Positions 21,837 to 32,318 of a stretch of DNA of 59,659 nt are shown here, one piece after another. The position numbers were made by a program, and so were the translations under genes. The notes under the pieces are model-generated. The model did not search any database. It was not told the DNA's origin and saw only the letters and a list, made by a program, of their open reading frames with translations. The stretch lies in the NCBI GenBank assembly GCA_022072415.1, contig JAJVHW010000003.1:1-59659 (forward strand), read 5' to 3'. How positions within the stretch are numbered: the first letter of the stretch is position 1; the number at the start of each line of letters is the position of its first letter. The stretch is from Planctomycetota bacterium. Its GTDB lineage: Bacteria; Planctomycetota; JAJSAM01; JAJVHW01.

Positions 21837-24800
21837 TCATGACCTCACCGCCTGCTCGGCCCCCTGCTCGGCCCCCTGCTCGGCCCCCTGCTCGGCCGCC
21901 GGAACGGGCGCCGCGACCGCGGGTGCTGGAACCGTGGGTGCTGCGACCGAAGGCGCGGCCGACTCCGGAGCGGGATCCGACGCCGCGGGCGAGGACTTCG
22001 CCTCCCATCGCACGAGGTGCAGATCCTCCACGAAGATCACGTAGAGGACCGGCACCAGCACCAGCGTGACCACCGTGGCGACGAGCATCCCCGCGATCTG
22101 GACGTAGCACATCGGCTCCCAGAGGGGGCCGCCTTCGAGCGCCAGCGGGATGAGGCCGCCGACGGTCGCCAGCACGGTGACCAGGACGGGGCGCAGCCGC
22201 ACGAGACCGGCATCGACGACGGCCCGGCGCAGCGGCTCCCCGGCGTGTCGCGCCTCGTCGATGAAGTCGAAGAGCACGATCACGTGCGAGATGATCAGCC
22301 CCGCCAGCGACGCGACGCCGAGGAACGCCATGAACCCGAACGACGCGCCGAAGACGACCAGACCGAGCAGCCCGCCGACGATGCCGAAGGGCACCGCGGC
22401 ATACACGAGCAGCGGCTGCGTCGCGGAGTTGAACTGGAGCACGAGCGCGAGGTAGATCGCCGCGAATGACACGATCAGGGCGATCGCGAGCGAGCCGAAG
22501 CCCTTGTCCTGCTCGAACTTCTCGCCGCCGAACTCCCACCGGTACCCCGGAGGGAACGCGATCACGTCCGCGCCTGCGGTCCGCCCCGGTTGCGCGGCGG
22601 GCAGCAGCTTCTCCAGTTCCGCGGTCACCTGGCTCGGGAGCACGCCGGGCGTCACGTCGCACCGCACGGTGAGGCAGCGCTCGTGATCGCGCCGACGGAT
22701 CTTCGGGGTGACCATCTCGGGCCTGAAGGACGCGACCTGTCGGAGCGGGACGCCCGACCCCGACGCGGCCGCGGCCACGTTCAGGCTGAACAGGTCGTCG
22801 AGCCGGCTCCGCTCCGACGGCCGCAGGCGCAGCGCGATGTCGATGAGCTTGTCCCGCTCGCGGAGCTGGCTCACGGGAAGGCCCGAGAGACCGGTTCCGA
22901 CGACCGTGGCGACGTCCTGGTTCGTGACGCCGCTCATCGCCGCGCGCTCGGCGTCCACTTCCAGCGTCATCTGGAACGCCGGGTCGCCCCAGTCGTCGTG
23001 GATGTCGGTCGTCCCCGGCATCGACCGGAGGCGGGCCTTCACCTGCTCGCCGAGAGCGCGGAGCGTCCCGATGTCCGCGCCGTAGAGCCGCAACTGGACC
23101 GGCACGCCGATCGGCGGCCCGGTCTCGAGCTGCTGGATGCGGACGCGCGCCTGCGCGATCTCGAACGGCAGCTTCCGCTTCAGCCGACCGACGATCGCCG
23201 CGGTCTCCTCCTTCGACGTGGTGTGGACGAGGATCTGCGCGTAGTTGTCGGCGCGCTGCTCCGGCTCGATCGAGAGCCAGAACCTCGGGCCGCCGGCGCC
23301 GACGAACGTGGAGTAGCCGTCGACGTGCGCACCCTCCAGGGCGTCGATGCGGCGGATGGCGTCCAGCGCCACGTCGCGGGTCTCCCGGATCGGAGAGCCT
23401 TCGGGAAGGTCCAGGTTGACGACGAACACGTCGTGGCGGTCCGTGGGGAAGAACGACGTGCCGATCGAACGGACGGCGAGCACGCCTGCGCCGAGGACGA
23501 CGAGGGCCGCGCCCATCGTGAGGAAGCGGCGGTCGATGCATCCCTCGACGAACGACTTGTAGAGGCGCGGGAACCCGCGGGCGGGCCCGCCCTGCGAGCT
23601 CTCGAGCCCCTTCTGTCCCCTGAGCATGTAGTAGCCGAGCAGCGGAACGAACGTCATCGAGGCGATCCGGGAGGCGACGAGCGACGTCGCGACGACGACC
23701 GGCAGCGACCAGATGAAGTCGCCGGTCCGGCCCTCGACCAGGAGCAGGGGGAGGAACGCGACGATGTTGGTGATCGTCGCGTACAGGATGGCGCGCGCGA
23801 GCTTCGTGGGCCCGAGCCACGCGGCGACGCCCCTCGGACTGCCGTGCGCCAACTCCCGGTTGATCGCGTCGGCCGCGACGACCGGATCGTCCACGAGGAG
23901 TCCCAGCGCGATGATCAGCGCGGCGATGGACACCTGCTGCAGGTCCACGCCGAGCAGGTTGCACATGCCGAGCGTCATCGCCACGGTGACCGGGATCGAG
24001 ATCGCGACCACGAGCGCGCTGCGCCACTCCATGAAGAGGAGCGCCGTCAGGATCACGATCACGACGGCCTCGAGGAAGTTGCGGTCGAAGCCCTCGACCT
24101 TCTCGCGCACCTCCTCGGGCTCGTTGCTGGTGCGCTCGACGCGCAGGTCCGGGGGCAGCGCCTCCTTCAGGTCCGCCAGCGCGGCCGTCACGCCGCGGTC
24201 GAACTCGGCGACGTGCGTTCCCTTGACCTGCCGGACGGAGATCGTGACGGCGCGCCCGGTTTCGAGCGCGTGGTCCGACCGCGCCTCGTGTCCCGCTTCC
24301 GTCGGAGCGCCCGGCGCGCGCGGCACACGGACGGTGCGGAAGTTGAGCACGCCCGAAGGGTCTTCGTAGCCGCGCGTCACCTCGACGAGGTCCCGGAGGT
24401 AGACCGGATAGCCGTCCGACGAGACGCCCATGACGGTCTGCCCGATCTCGTCCGTCGAGGCGTAATCGCCGGTCGGACGGACGACGACGTTTCGACGGGG
24501 CAGCTCCATGGTGCCTCCGGGGATGTTGATGTTCCGCTGCTGGATGCGGTCGACCAACGCCACCGGCGGGATCCCGAACTGCTGCAACCGCTGCCCGGAG
24601 TACGTGAGCCAGACGCGCTCGTCCTGCACGCCGACCTCGTCCACCTGGGCGACGAAGGGCGACTGCTTGAGTCGGTCGCGGATCCGGTCGGCGAAGTCGC
24701 GGAGTTCGCCACAGGAGTACTTGTCCCGCGCGCTCCGGCGGAGCTGCGCCTCCAGATCCGAGAGATCCTGCGTCCAGAAGCCCCGCCAGACGTCCGGGTG

Positions 24801-25589
24801 GAACTCGGCGGTGCCCGCGGACTCCCACCACTCGTCGGTGGCGCGGAGCAGGTCGTCCCCGGTCCTGCCCTCGTTCAGCGCGACGTCGAGCAGGCCGGCG
24901 GTCGGCGTGTCGACGATCGCCAGGTCGTGCGCGATGCCCTTCTCGGTCAGGTACCGGCCCAGCGTGCGGCCGATGCGCAGGACGTGAGGACGGGCGACCG
25001 TCGAGGGACAGACGAGCACGCCGGTCCACCGGCCGCCCGGCGCCTTGTCCGGTCCGGCGCTGCGATGCGCGGTGACCGCCTGCCGTATGCTCCTCGCGCG
25101 CAGCTCGATCTCCAGGTCGGGCACGGGCGGCGAGCTGATCGTGAGCATGACCGCGACCGTGTCGCCGAAGTCCTTGTTGAGGAACGGCGTCGTCGGCCTG
25201 CCGGCCGCCCGCGGCAGGTCGGGGATCTCGCCGAGCTTGCCCCGGATGTCCTGCCACACGAGTTCCGCGTTCTTCACGGACTCGAACAGATCCACGTAGC
25301 AGACCGAGAGCCCGGGTCGGCTGATCGACCGGACGTGCTCGACCGACGCGTTCTCGGCGATCTTCCGTTCGATCTTCCGCGTGACCTCCTGCTCGACCTT
25401 CTCGGCTTCCGCGCCCGGGTAGGGAGTCACGACGACGCCGGTGCTCACCGGGATGATCGGGTCCTGGCGCTGCGGCATCCGGCAGTACGCGTAGACGCCC
25501 CAGATCAGCACCGTGAGGAGCGCGATCCACGCGATCGGCCGCTTCGCCACGAAGAACTGCGACGTGTTCATCTTCGGTTCGTGGGACAT
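21837..25589 (-). CDS. RND-family efflux transporter, inner-membrane subunit (AcrB/HAE-type)
   Basis: ORF 21837..26081 trimmed to 'MSHEPKMNTSQFFVAKRPIAW'. 1250 aa with the typical 12-TM / two-large-loop layout ('FFPTDRHDVFVVNLDLPEGS', 'GLLVDDPVVAADAI'). Confidence 0.93.
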   Translation of the reverse strand: MSHEPKMNTSQFFVAKRPIAWIALLTVLIWGVYAYCRMPQRQDPIIPVSTGVVVTPYPGAEAEKVEQEVTRKIERKIAENASVEHVRSISRPGLSVCYVDLFESVKNAELVWQDIRGKLGEIPDLPRAAGRPTTPFLNKDFGDTVAVMLTISSPPVPDLEIELRARSIRQAVTAHRSAGPDKAPGGRWTGVLVCPSTVARPHVLRIGRTLGRYLTEKGIAHDLAIVDTPTAGLLDVALNEGRTGDDLLRATDEWWESAGTAEFHPDVWRGFWTQDLSDLEAQLRRSARDKYSCGELRDFADRIRDRLKQSPFVAQVDEVGVQDERVWLTYSGQRLQQFGIPPVALVDRIQQRNINIPGGTMELPRRNVVVRPTGDYASTDEIGQTVMGVSSDGYPVYLRDLVEVTRGYEDPSGVLNFRTVRVPRAPGAPTEAGHEARSDHALETGRAVTISVRQVKGTHVAEFDRGVTAALADLKEALPPDLRVERTSNEPEEVREKVEGFDRNFLEAVVIVILTALLFMEWRSALVVAISIPVTVAMTLGMCNLLGVDLQQVSIAALIIALGLLVDDPVVAADAINRELAHGSPRGVAAWLGPTKLARAILYATITNIVAFLPLLLVEGRTGDFIWSLPVVVATSLVASRIASMTFVPLLGYYMLRGQKGLESSQGGPARGFPRLYKSFVEGCIDRRFLTMGAALVVLGAGVLAVRSIGTSFFPTDRHDVFVVNLDLPEGSPIRETRDVALDAIRRIDALEGAHVDGYSTFVGAGGPRFWLSIEPEQRADNYAQILVHTTSKEETAAIVGRLKRKLPFEIAQARVRIQQLETGPPIGVPVQLRLYGADIGTLRALGEQVKARLRSMPGTTDIHDDWGDPAFQMTLEVDAERAAMSGVTNQDVATVVGTGLSGLPVSQLRERDKLIDIALRLRPSERSRLDDLFSLNVAAAASGSGVPLRQVASFRPEMVTPKIRRRDHERCLTVRCDVTPGVLPSQVTAELEKLLPAAQPGRTAGADVIAFPPGYRWEFGGEKFEQDKGFGSLAIALIVSFAAIYLALVLQFNSATQPLLVYAAVPFGIVGGLLGLVVFGASFGFMAFLGVASLAGLIISHVIVLFDFIDEARHAGEPLRRAVVDAGLVRLRPVLVTVLATVGGLIPLALEGGPLWEPMCYVQIAGMLVATVVTLVLVPVLYVIFVEDLHLVRWEAKSSPAASDPAPESAAPSVAAPTVPAPAVAAPVPAAEQGAEQGAEQGAEQAVRS
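21852..21897. repeat. 12-bp tandem repeat (~3.8 copies) inside the 3' end of the RND gene
   Basis: CTGCTCGGCCCC repeated head-to-tail. It encodes (AEQG)n at the extreme C-terminus of the RND pump. Confidence 0.9.
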
Positions 25590-25594
25590 GGCGC

Positions 25595-26872
25595 TCACCG
25601 CTCCTCCCGCCTGGACTTCACGACCACGCCGGCGGCAAGCCGCTCCGCCGTGCTGATGACCACCCTCGCGCCGCGGGCGACCTCGCTCCCGGCAGCGAGC
25701 ACCTCGACCTGGTTGTCGAGGACGTCGCCCACGGCGACGGTCCGCGTGCGCACGACCTCGCGGTCCTCCTCGGCGACCGCCTCGTAGACGACGAACTCGC
25801 CGGCGGACGCGCCGCGATGGATGGCGGACATCGGCAGGAGCAGGACCTGGCGGTCCTTCTGCGCGCCGACGCGCACGGTCACGATCATCCCCGGCCGCAG
25901 CAGGCGTTGCCCGTCGGGGAGCCGCGGGTTCGAGAGGGTCAGCTCCGTCCGGAACGTGCGCGTCCGCGGATCCGCCTGGGGCGCGATCTTCGTGACCGTC
26001 CCCGTGAGCGTGCGTCCCTCGAACGCGTCGGCGGTGACCTGCAGCTCCTGGCCGGGCGCGACGCGGTCGCCCGGCGCGCACGCGGCCTGCTCGCCGATCA
26101 TCGTGTCGGGGACGCCGAAGACGACGTGCACCGTGGAGATGTCGATGAGGCGGAACGCCACCTCGTGCGCCTGCTTGCGCTCGCCGGGTTCGATCCGCTT
26201 CTCGGCCACCGTGGCGTTGTCGAAGGGCACGACGAGCCGGCGGTTGGCGTAGTCGTCGTTCGCCTGGTCGAGCTTCACTCGCGCGTCAGCCAGCGCCTGC
26301 TCTGCGGAGGCCAGTTCGCCGTCGGCGGTCACGCGTCGCGCGTCCGCGTCGTCGCGTGCGGACTCCGACACCGAGCCCGACGAGCGCGCGTAGCGCTCGA
26401 ACGCCCGGGTGGCGATCGCGAGGTTGTCGCGGGCCGTCGCCACGCGCGCCTCGAGTTGCGCCACGCGCGCCTCGGCGCTCGCCTTCGCCCGGCGCAGGTC
26501 GCCTTCGTCGAGTTCCGCGAGGACGGTCCCCTTGCTCAGCGTGTCGCCGACCTGCACGTCGCGGTCGCGCCCGACGGGGCGGTGCACGCTCGCGACGGTG
26601 CCGGCCAGCTTGAAGGCGAGCGACGTCGTCTGGATCGGCTCGACGGAGCCGCCGAAGCTGCGCGAGACGACGACGTCCTTCGGCTCGAGCACGCGCACGA
26701 CGACCGGAACCGGGGGAGGCGGCGCTGCCGCCGCCTCGCGCTCCCTGCAACCCGCGCCCGCGAGGATCGCGGCCGGGATCATGAGTGCGCCCGCGAGAGC
26801 CGACGCGCGAAGTCTCGTCGTCCCGTTCGCGGTCGCCGCCGTGTCCTGACTCATCGTTCTTCTCCTCTGCAT
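25595..26872 (-). CDS. RND efflux periplasmic adaptor (MFP/HlyD family)
   Basis: Lipobox 'LAGAGC', a coiled-coil hairpin region and C-terminal beta-barrel motifs. The stop lies 6 nt before the RND start. Confidence 0.9.
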   Translation of the reverse strand: MQRRRTMSQDTAATANGTTRLRASALAGALMIPAAILAGAGCREREAAAAPPPPVPVVVRVLEPKDVVVSRSFGGSVEPIQTTSLAFKLAGTVASVHRPVGRDRDVQVGDTLSKGTVLAELDEGDLRRAKASAEARVAQLEARVATARDNLAIATRAFERYARSSGSVSESARDDADARRVTADGELASAEQALADARVKLDQANDDYANRRLVVPFDNATVAEKRIEPGERKQAHEVAFRLIDISTVHVVFGVPDTMIGEQAACAPGDRVAPGQELQVTADAFEGRTLTGTVTKIAPQADPRTRTFRTELTLSNPRLPDGQRLLRPGMIVTVRVGAQKDRQVLLLPMSAIHRGASAGEFVVYEAVAEEDREVVRTRTVAVGDVLDNQVEVLAAGSEVARGARVVISTAERLAAGVVVKSRREER

Positions 26873-26873
26873 G

Positions 26874-28352
26874 TCACCGATCGACCTTCACGACGGGCGG
26901 TTCGGCGACTTCCCATCCGCCCCCGAGCGCCTTGTAGAGAGCCACCATGTGCACTCCGAGCGCTGCGCGCGCATCCGCCAGGAGCATGTCGGCGCGGTTC
27001 GCCTGACGCTGCGCGTCGAGGACGACCAGCTGATCGAGGATCCCCCGCTCGTAGTCGCGAAGGGCGATCCCCGCGGCCGCGCGTGCGCTCTCGGACAGAC
27101 GGACCAGGACGTCGATCCGCGCGCGGCCGCGGTCGATCGCGACCAGAGCGCTCTCGACCTCCCGGAAGGCCGTGAGCACGGTGTCCTCGTAGGCCGCCTT
27201 CGCGGCGGCGACGTGCGCTTCCGACAGTTCGACGCCGGCGCGGCGACGGCCGCCGTCGAAGAGCGTCCAGTTGATGAAGGGTCCGGCCAGTCCCCAGGAA
27301 CTGCCGTTCTTGCCCGTCCCGTTGAGCAGGTCGCTCGCGACCCGGCTCTGGAGCCCGCCGGCCGCGCCCAGCGTCAACCGAGGGAAGAACTGCGCGGTCG
27401 CCACGCCGACCTGCGCCGTCGCCGCGGCGAGGCGCCGCTCCGCCGCCTGGATGTCCGGCCGCCGCAGCAGGAGGTCCGACGGGACGCCGACCGCGAGGCG
27501 GAGCGGGGACTCGGGGATCGGCGCGGGCTCCTCGAGCTGGGCGCGGAGCGTCGTGGGCTCGAGGGCGATCAGCGTCGAGAGCGCGTGGATGTACTGCCGG
27601 ATCGCCTGCTCGAGGGGCGGGACCTCGGCGGCGGCGGACTCCACTTCGGTCCGAGCTCGGACGACCTCCAGTTCGGACGCGAGTCCGTTGCGCCGCTTCT
27701 CCTCGGTGAGCGCCAGCGTCCGGCGCTGCTCGTCGAGGGTCGCGTGGGCGACCTGCAGCTCGCGCTGCACGCCGCGCAGCTCGAAGTACGCTCGTGCGGT
27801 CTCCGCGGCGACCATAAGGACGACGCCGCGGCGCACGGACGCCGTCGCCTGCTCGGCGGCCTCGGCGGACTCCACCTGCCTGTGCACGCCGCCGAACACG
27901 TCGAGCGTCCATGAAGCGTCGAAGCCGATCTGGAAGAGGTTGCGCTCCACGTCGAGGAGCCCCGCCGGGATCCCGAGCCCCGCCTCGCTGGTCCGCGCTC
28001 GGAGGACCGACGCTCCGATCCCGAGCTGCGGCGAGAGCTGCGACTGCACGATCTGCCGCGCCGCGCGGGCCTCGCGCAGGCGCGCCGCCGCGACCTCGAC
28101 GCCGTTGTTCGCGACGATCGCCTTCTCGACCAGGTCGCCGAGGCGCGGATCGTTGAACCGCCGCCACCAGCGCAGGTCCTCGGCTGCGGCGCAGTCGCTC
28201 GCGGACTCCGGGCGCAGTTCGCCGAAGGCGGCGGGCATCCTTGTGTCGGGACGCACGTAGTCGGGGCCGACGACGCAGCCGGTGAGGAGAAGGACGGCGC
28301 CCACCGCCGGCCACTTGATCGTCGCGAGGGTCGTCTTCATCGATGTCCCCAC
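26874..28352 (-). CDS. efflux outer-membrane factor lipoprotein (NodT family)
   Basis: 'LLLTGCVVGPDYVRP' lipobox and the NodT signature 'WWRRFNDPRL'. The alternative ATG start is at 28340. Confidence 0.9.
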   Translation of the reverse strand: MGTSMKTTLATIKWPAVGAVLLLTGCVVGPDYVRPDTRMPAAFGELRPESASDCAAAEDLRWWRRFNDPRLGDLVEKAIVANNGVEVAAARLREARAARQIVQSQLSPQLGIGASVLRARTSEAGLGIPAGLLDVERNLFQIGFDASWTLDVFGGVHRQVESAEAAEQATASVRRGVVLMVAAETARAYFELRGVQRELQVAHATLDEQRRTLALTEEKRRNGLASELEVVRARTEVESAAAEVPPLEQAIRQYIHALSTLIALEPTTLRAQLEEPAPIPESPLRLAVGVPSDLLLRRPDIQAAERRLAAATAQVGVATAQFFPRLTLGAAGGLQSRVASDLLNGTGKNGSSWGLAGPFINWTLFDGGRRRAGVELSEAHVAAAKAAYEDTVLTAFREVESALVAIDRGRARIDVLVRLSESARAAAGIALRDYERGILDQLVVLDAQRQANRADMLLADARAALGVHMVALYKALGGGWEVAEPPVVKVDR

Positions 28353-28555
28353 TCTCTGATGGCCTTCAGTTGCTCGGCGCGCAGCAGCGCGCGCACGGCC
28401 GGCGATTCGGCGGCCCCCGGGAACTCCACCTCACACAGGAGCCCGACGTCGGAGAGGCAGACGCCCGTCACGACGCCTTCCGCGCCGCGCCGAAGGCCGG
28501 ACTCGGGATCGTCCGCGAGGAGGCGGACCACTGCGTCGACATGTACCGGGGACAT
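28337..28555 (-). CDS. small DUF4926-like protein
   Basis: The last 72 codons of ORF 28337..29461 ('MSPVHVDAVVRLLADDPESGLRRGAEGVVTGV...CEVEF') resemble DUF4926. The stop overlaps the OMF start region. Confidence 0.5.
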   Translation of the reverse strand: MSPVHVDAVVRLLADDPESGLRRGAEGVVTGVCLSDVGLLCEVEFPGAAESPAVRALLRAEQLKAIREWGHR

Positions 28556-29223
28556 GGACGGCACGGAACACAAGCGCCGTGCCGGAGCGGCCGGTTCTTC
28601 CCAACGCATGTCGGCGCAGATGTTTACGTGGATGACGGTCGACTCGTCGGGCGGAACGAGATCTCGTGCGTCCGAGAAGTCGTCCGCCGGGCGGTCCGAG
28701 GAGTCGTCCCATCGCGGCGGACGTCGGCATCTCGACCTCGCGCGCGTCGCCGCATGCACCGCCGATCGCACGGTTCGCGGCACGCGTCGTTCGGCGGGAT
28801 CCCGTGCGTCATACGTCGCCCTCGGTCGCGACGGGCGCCGCGGGCCGGCGTTCATGGTGCAAGGAGCCGAGACTGCGCGCGCCGACGCTCGATGCGGAAG
28901 ACCGTCGCGCGGCCCTCCGCGCGGCGGCCTCGATGGTGCGGACGGTGGATCGAGGAGGGCTGGAAGCGGGCGCCGATCTCCACGACGTCGATCCGCATGT
29001 GGTTGTCGAACACAATCCCCATGGACATCTGCCCGCCGACGTCCGCACCGTGTGCGGGATCGGACGTGACGACCGAGGCGAGGAGACCGTACGGAGAGTC
29101 GGTGGCGTCCGCACCACGTCGGCCCGTTCTCCGCGCGGATCGCGGGTCGCACGAAGGCGCCGCGCGTCGGCACGGGCGGACCGACCTCTTCGGCCTTCGG
29201 GCCACGCCCGGCCGCCCGACGAA

Positions 29224-31704
29224 CTACGTCTGCGGATCGGGCGCGAGCGACCGCGCGGGGCGGAAGCCGAAGTTCGGGAGCCGGGACGTCGGATCGAGGT
29301 CGAACCGGCTCGCGCAGCGCAGGAACGCGACGGGCACCAGCCAGCTCCCGCCGCGCAGGATCCGCGTCGAGGCGTGGCCGTCCGACCACGAATCGGTCCA
29401 CTGCCACACGTTCCCCGCGGCGTCTTCCATCCCGTACACGGAGGTCGCAGCCGGGAAGCACCCGACGGGCTCCGGCTGGGCGTTCCAGGCCCGCGAGTCA
29501 TGGCATTTGCCGAGCGACGCGTCCTCGAGTTCGCCCCACGGGAAGCGTCTCCCGTCGACGCCGCGGGCGGCCTTCTCGTACTCCTGCTCGGTCGGCAGCC
29601 GCCACGGACGTCCCGTGGTCCTGCTCCTCCACTCGCAGTACGCGACCGCGTCGGCCCAGGACACGCCCGTCACGGGCACCCGCATCTCGAAGCCCTCGCC
29701 GTGCTGCGCGAGGCACCGCTCCCGGGCCTCTCCCACGACAACGGTCGCGCCGGGTCTCCACGTCCCGTCGGTCCCGCGGACCAGGAACGGCAGGTCGCCG
29801 CGCGCCTGCGGGACGAGCTTCGACGCCGCTTCGGCGCCCGACTCCCGTTCCGTGGCCACGAGGAACTCCGCCCAGTCGGCGAACGTCACCGGAGTCCGCG
29901 CGATGGCGAAGTCCGGGAGTTCGAGCACCCGCGTGTCGCGACCTTCACCGCACACGAACGGCCCGCCGGGCACGCAGACGAAGCCCTCGCCGACCTCCTC
30001 CCGCGTCCGCAGCTTCACGCGGCCCTGCCACGCACGGCTCCGTGAGATGTGGACGGGATAGCGCACCTCGGGGAACCGCGGATGGCGCAGGAACGCGAGG
30101 TAGCTCCCCATCGGAAGCTCCGTCCGGCAAAGCGGCGTCCTTCCCATCGAGCGCTCTGCCCCGGGAACCAGGATGCCATTCCTGTCCTCGTAGCGCGCGA
30201 GAACCACCTCCGCCCCCGGCGGGTCGGTCTCGATCTCGATCGACCCGTCGCCCGCGAGGTACGCGGCGAGCCGCCCGTCGTCGTAACGCCGCACCATCGT
30301 CACCGCGAAGTCGCGGTCCGCCGCGTCGCCGCTGCGCTCGGCCTCGTCGAGGCGGCACCGCCACAGGTCGGCGAACGCGCCGCGCGCGCTCGCGCTGCCC
30401 GGCTCCGCGAGCAGCGCCGCGTCGAGGAAGCTCGTCGTTTCGGCGAAGGCCAGCGCCGCGGCACGGTTCGCGCGGACCACGGCCTCCTTCGCCGCGAAGA
30501 GCGCGGACTTCCCGGTCACCGGCTGCCAGGGGCGGACGTTCGCCTCCTGCTGCTTCGCCGCCTGCTCCGCGCCGGCGATCGCGTCCAGCGCCCGCATGTA
30601 CGCCTTCATCGCCTCGCGTCCGCGCGCGGCGAGCTCCTCGGCGTCCCGGTGCCGACGCTCCTGCTCCGCGCGGCCGTCGAGATACCGCCGCAGTTCCTCC
30701 CCGAACTCCCGCGCGGTGGCCGGCCGCCTGGACGGCGCGACCGCCATCGCGCGGCGGCAGAGGTCCGCGAGCGCCTCCGGAGCCGGTCGCGCCGGATTGC
30801 GCGTCGCGACGTCGGGGCAGTCGCCCCGGGTGATCCTGGCCAGCATCTGCAGGCCGCCGCTGAACGGCGGCTGGAGCGTCAGGATCTCGTAGAGGATCGC
30901 CCCGAGCGAGTACACGTCGCTGCGCCGGTCGAGCGGCCTTGCGGAAGCCTGCTCGGGGCTCATGTACGGGATCGTGCCCTTCAGGGTGCCGGGCAGCGTC
31001 ATCGGGGCGTCTACCTCGAGCGGATGGGCGCCCTGCGGGACTTCGTCGGGGCGATCCACGCCGTTCGGGGCTGCGAACTTCGCGATGCCCCAGTCCATCA
31101 CGTGGACTTCGCCGTACTCGCCGAGCATCACGTTCTCGGGCTTCAGGTCGCGGTGGAGAACGCCCTTCTCGTGCGCGAAGTGGACGGCTTGGCACACCTG
31201 CTCGAGCACCGACGCCAGCTTCTGCAGCGTCCACTCGCGGCGGGCGACGGCCGAGTCGAGGAGGAGGTCCTTCAGGACTGCGGCGAGCGTCTTGCCGCGC
31301 ACGACCTTCATCGTGAAGTAGAGCCGACGATCCGGCGTGATGCCGATCTCGTGCACCGGAGGGATCCCGGGGTGCTCGAGCCGGCTGGTGGTCTGCGCCT
31401 CGAGGACGAACCGCCGCCGCAGCGCCTCGTCGTCCGCGAGGTTCCCGCGGATCAGCTTCATCGCGACCTCGCGACGAAGGTCCCTGTCGTGGACGAGGAC
31501 GACCTCGCCCATGCCGCCCGCGCCGATGCGTCCGAGCAGCCGGTACTTCTGCTCCGGGAGCAGGGGCTCCGCCGCGCCCGGAGACGGCGCCGCGACGGTC
31601 GCCGCGTCGGCGTCGACGAGGTCGCCGCCCGTGTCGAGTTTCCAGACGACCGCGCGATCCGCGTTGGGTTCACCCATGGTGCGCGACGAATACGCACCGC
31701 GCAT
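29224..31704 (-). CDS. Ser/Thr protein kinase fused to an FGE-sulfatase (SUMF1-like) domain
   Basis: 'GAGGMGEV', 'HRDLKPENVML', 'DWGIAK' and 'GTIPYMSPEQ' are kinase motifs. C-terminal 'PVTGVSWADAVAYCEWR', 'GNVWQWT' and 'RGGSW' are FGE motifs. GGAGGA RBS before the ATG at 31704. Confidence 0.9.
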   Translation of the reverse strand: MRGAYSSRTMGEPNADRAVVWKLDTGGDLVDADAATVAAPSPGAAEPLLPEQKYRLLGRIGAGGMGEVVLVHDRDLRREVAMKLIRGNLADDEALRRRFVLEAQTTSRLEHPGIPPVHEIGITPDRRLYFTMKVVRGKTLAAVLKDLLLDSAVARREWTLQKLASVLEQVCQAVHFAHEKGVLHRDLKPENVMLGEYGEVHVMDWGIAKFAAPNGVDRPDEVPQGAHPLEVDAPMTLPGTLKGTIPYMSPEQASARPLDRRSDVYSLGAILYEILTLQPPFSGGLQMLARITRGDCPDVATRNPARPAPEALADLCRRAMAVAPSRRPATAREFGEELRRYLDGRAEQERRHRDAEELAARGREAMKAYMRALDAIAGAEQAAKQQEANVRPWQPVTGKSALFAAKEAVVRANRAAALAFAETTSFLDAALLAEPGSASARGAFADLWRCRLDEAERSGDAADRDFAVTMVRRYDDGRLAAYLAGDGSIEIETDPPGAEVVLARYEDRNGILVPGAERSMGRTPLCRTELPMGSYLAFLRHPRFPEVRYPVHISRSRAWQGRVKLRTREEVGEGFVCVPGGPFVCGEGRDTRVLELPDFAIARTPVTFADWAEFLVATERESGAEAASKLVPQARGDLPFLVRGTDGTWRPGATVVVGEARERCLAQHGEGFEMRVPVTGVSWADAVAYCEWRSRTTGRPWRLPTEQEYEKAARGVDGRRFPWGELEDASLGKCHDSRAWNAQPEPVGCFPAATSVYGMEDAAGNVWQWTDSWSDGHASTRILRGGSWLVPVAFLRCASRFDLDPTSRLPNFGFRPARSLAPDPQT

Positions 31705-31838
31705 GCCGCAGTCCTCCGGACATCACAACCCGCGGCGCGGTCTGCGGTTGAGGCGACCGCACCGGGGGCCGCCGCCGCGTACGGAATCTCGTGCGTCCGA
31801 GAACTCGTCCCGCCCGTATCCTGAGAACTCGTCCCCAC

Positions 31839-32318
31839 ATGGAACCCAACGCGCCGTTCGCACTCGACTACAGGTTCCTGGCGACGCTCCTCCTGGAGAT
31901 CGCGCAGGAGCGCTCGCTGGACAGTCTGCTCCAACGCGTGGCGCGCCGCGCGCTCGACGCGCCGGTCGCCCCGATGTCGCTGGTCGTCGTGTGGTTGATC
32001 GAGAACGTCGAGACGTCGGCCGGCGCTCCGCAGAGTGCCGACGCCGGCGACCGACGCCTCTACGCGGTCGCCGGCGGAACGAGGGCCTCCGACGCGCCGC
32101 CTCACGTCTCGCGGCTGCCGGATCAGCTCGCGCGGGTGCGGATCGGCGACGGCGGGCCGTTGCGGCGTTGGCGGCGGCGGTGTTGGCAGCAGCGGTGGCG
32201 ATGCGCGTTCCGACGGCGGGCTCGCCGGAACGTAGGAGCGCGGGCCACGGCGCGGCTTCCCTGCGACGGCGCGGCCGCGGCGGCTCGCGGACGGCGGGGT
32301 TGCGGCGGTGTGTGGTGA
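31839..32318 (+). pseudogene. possible N-terminal GAF-like fragment (truncated or frameshifted gene)
   Basis: 'FLATLLLEIAQERSLDSLLQRVARRALDAPVAPMSLVVVWLIE...RLYAVAG' looks like the start of a GAF domain. The ORF then degenerates into an Arg/Trp-rich tail just left of the mobile mosaic. Confidence 0.3.

Noticed and set aside
21852-21897. Possible CRISPR-like array
   Set aside because: The repeats are contiguous 12-mers without spacers, and they are in frame inside a coding region. No CRISPR array or cas gene is seen anywhere in the window.
21547-25530. 1327-aa minus-strand ORF and 22590..25787 plus-strand ORF (1065 aa)
   Set aside because: They are alternative-frame and antisense shadows of the RND transporter gene. 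Their composition is Arg/Gly/Pro-rich with no TM pattern.
28852-29205. 117-aa minus-strand ORF between the DUF4926-like gene and the kinase gene
   Set aside because: A short central stretch ('MSMGIVFDNHMRIDVVEIG') looks protein-like, but the flanks are Arg-rich with no start or RBS support. I left it unannotated.
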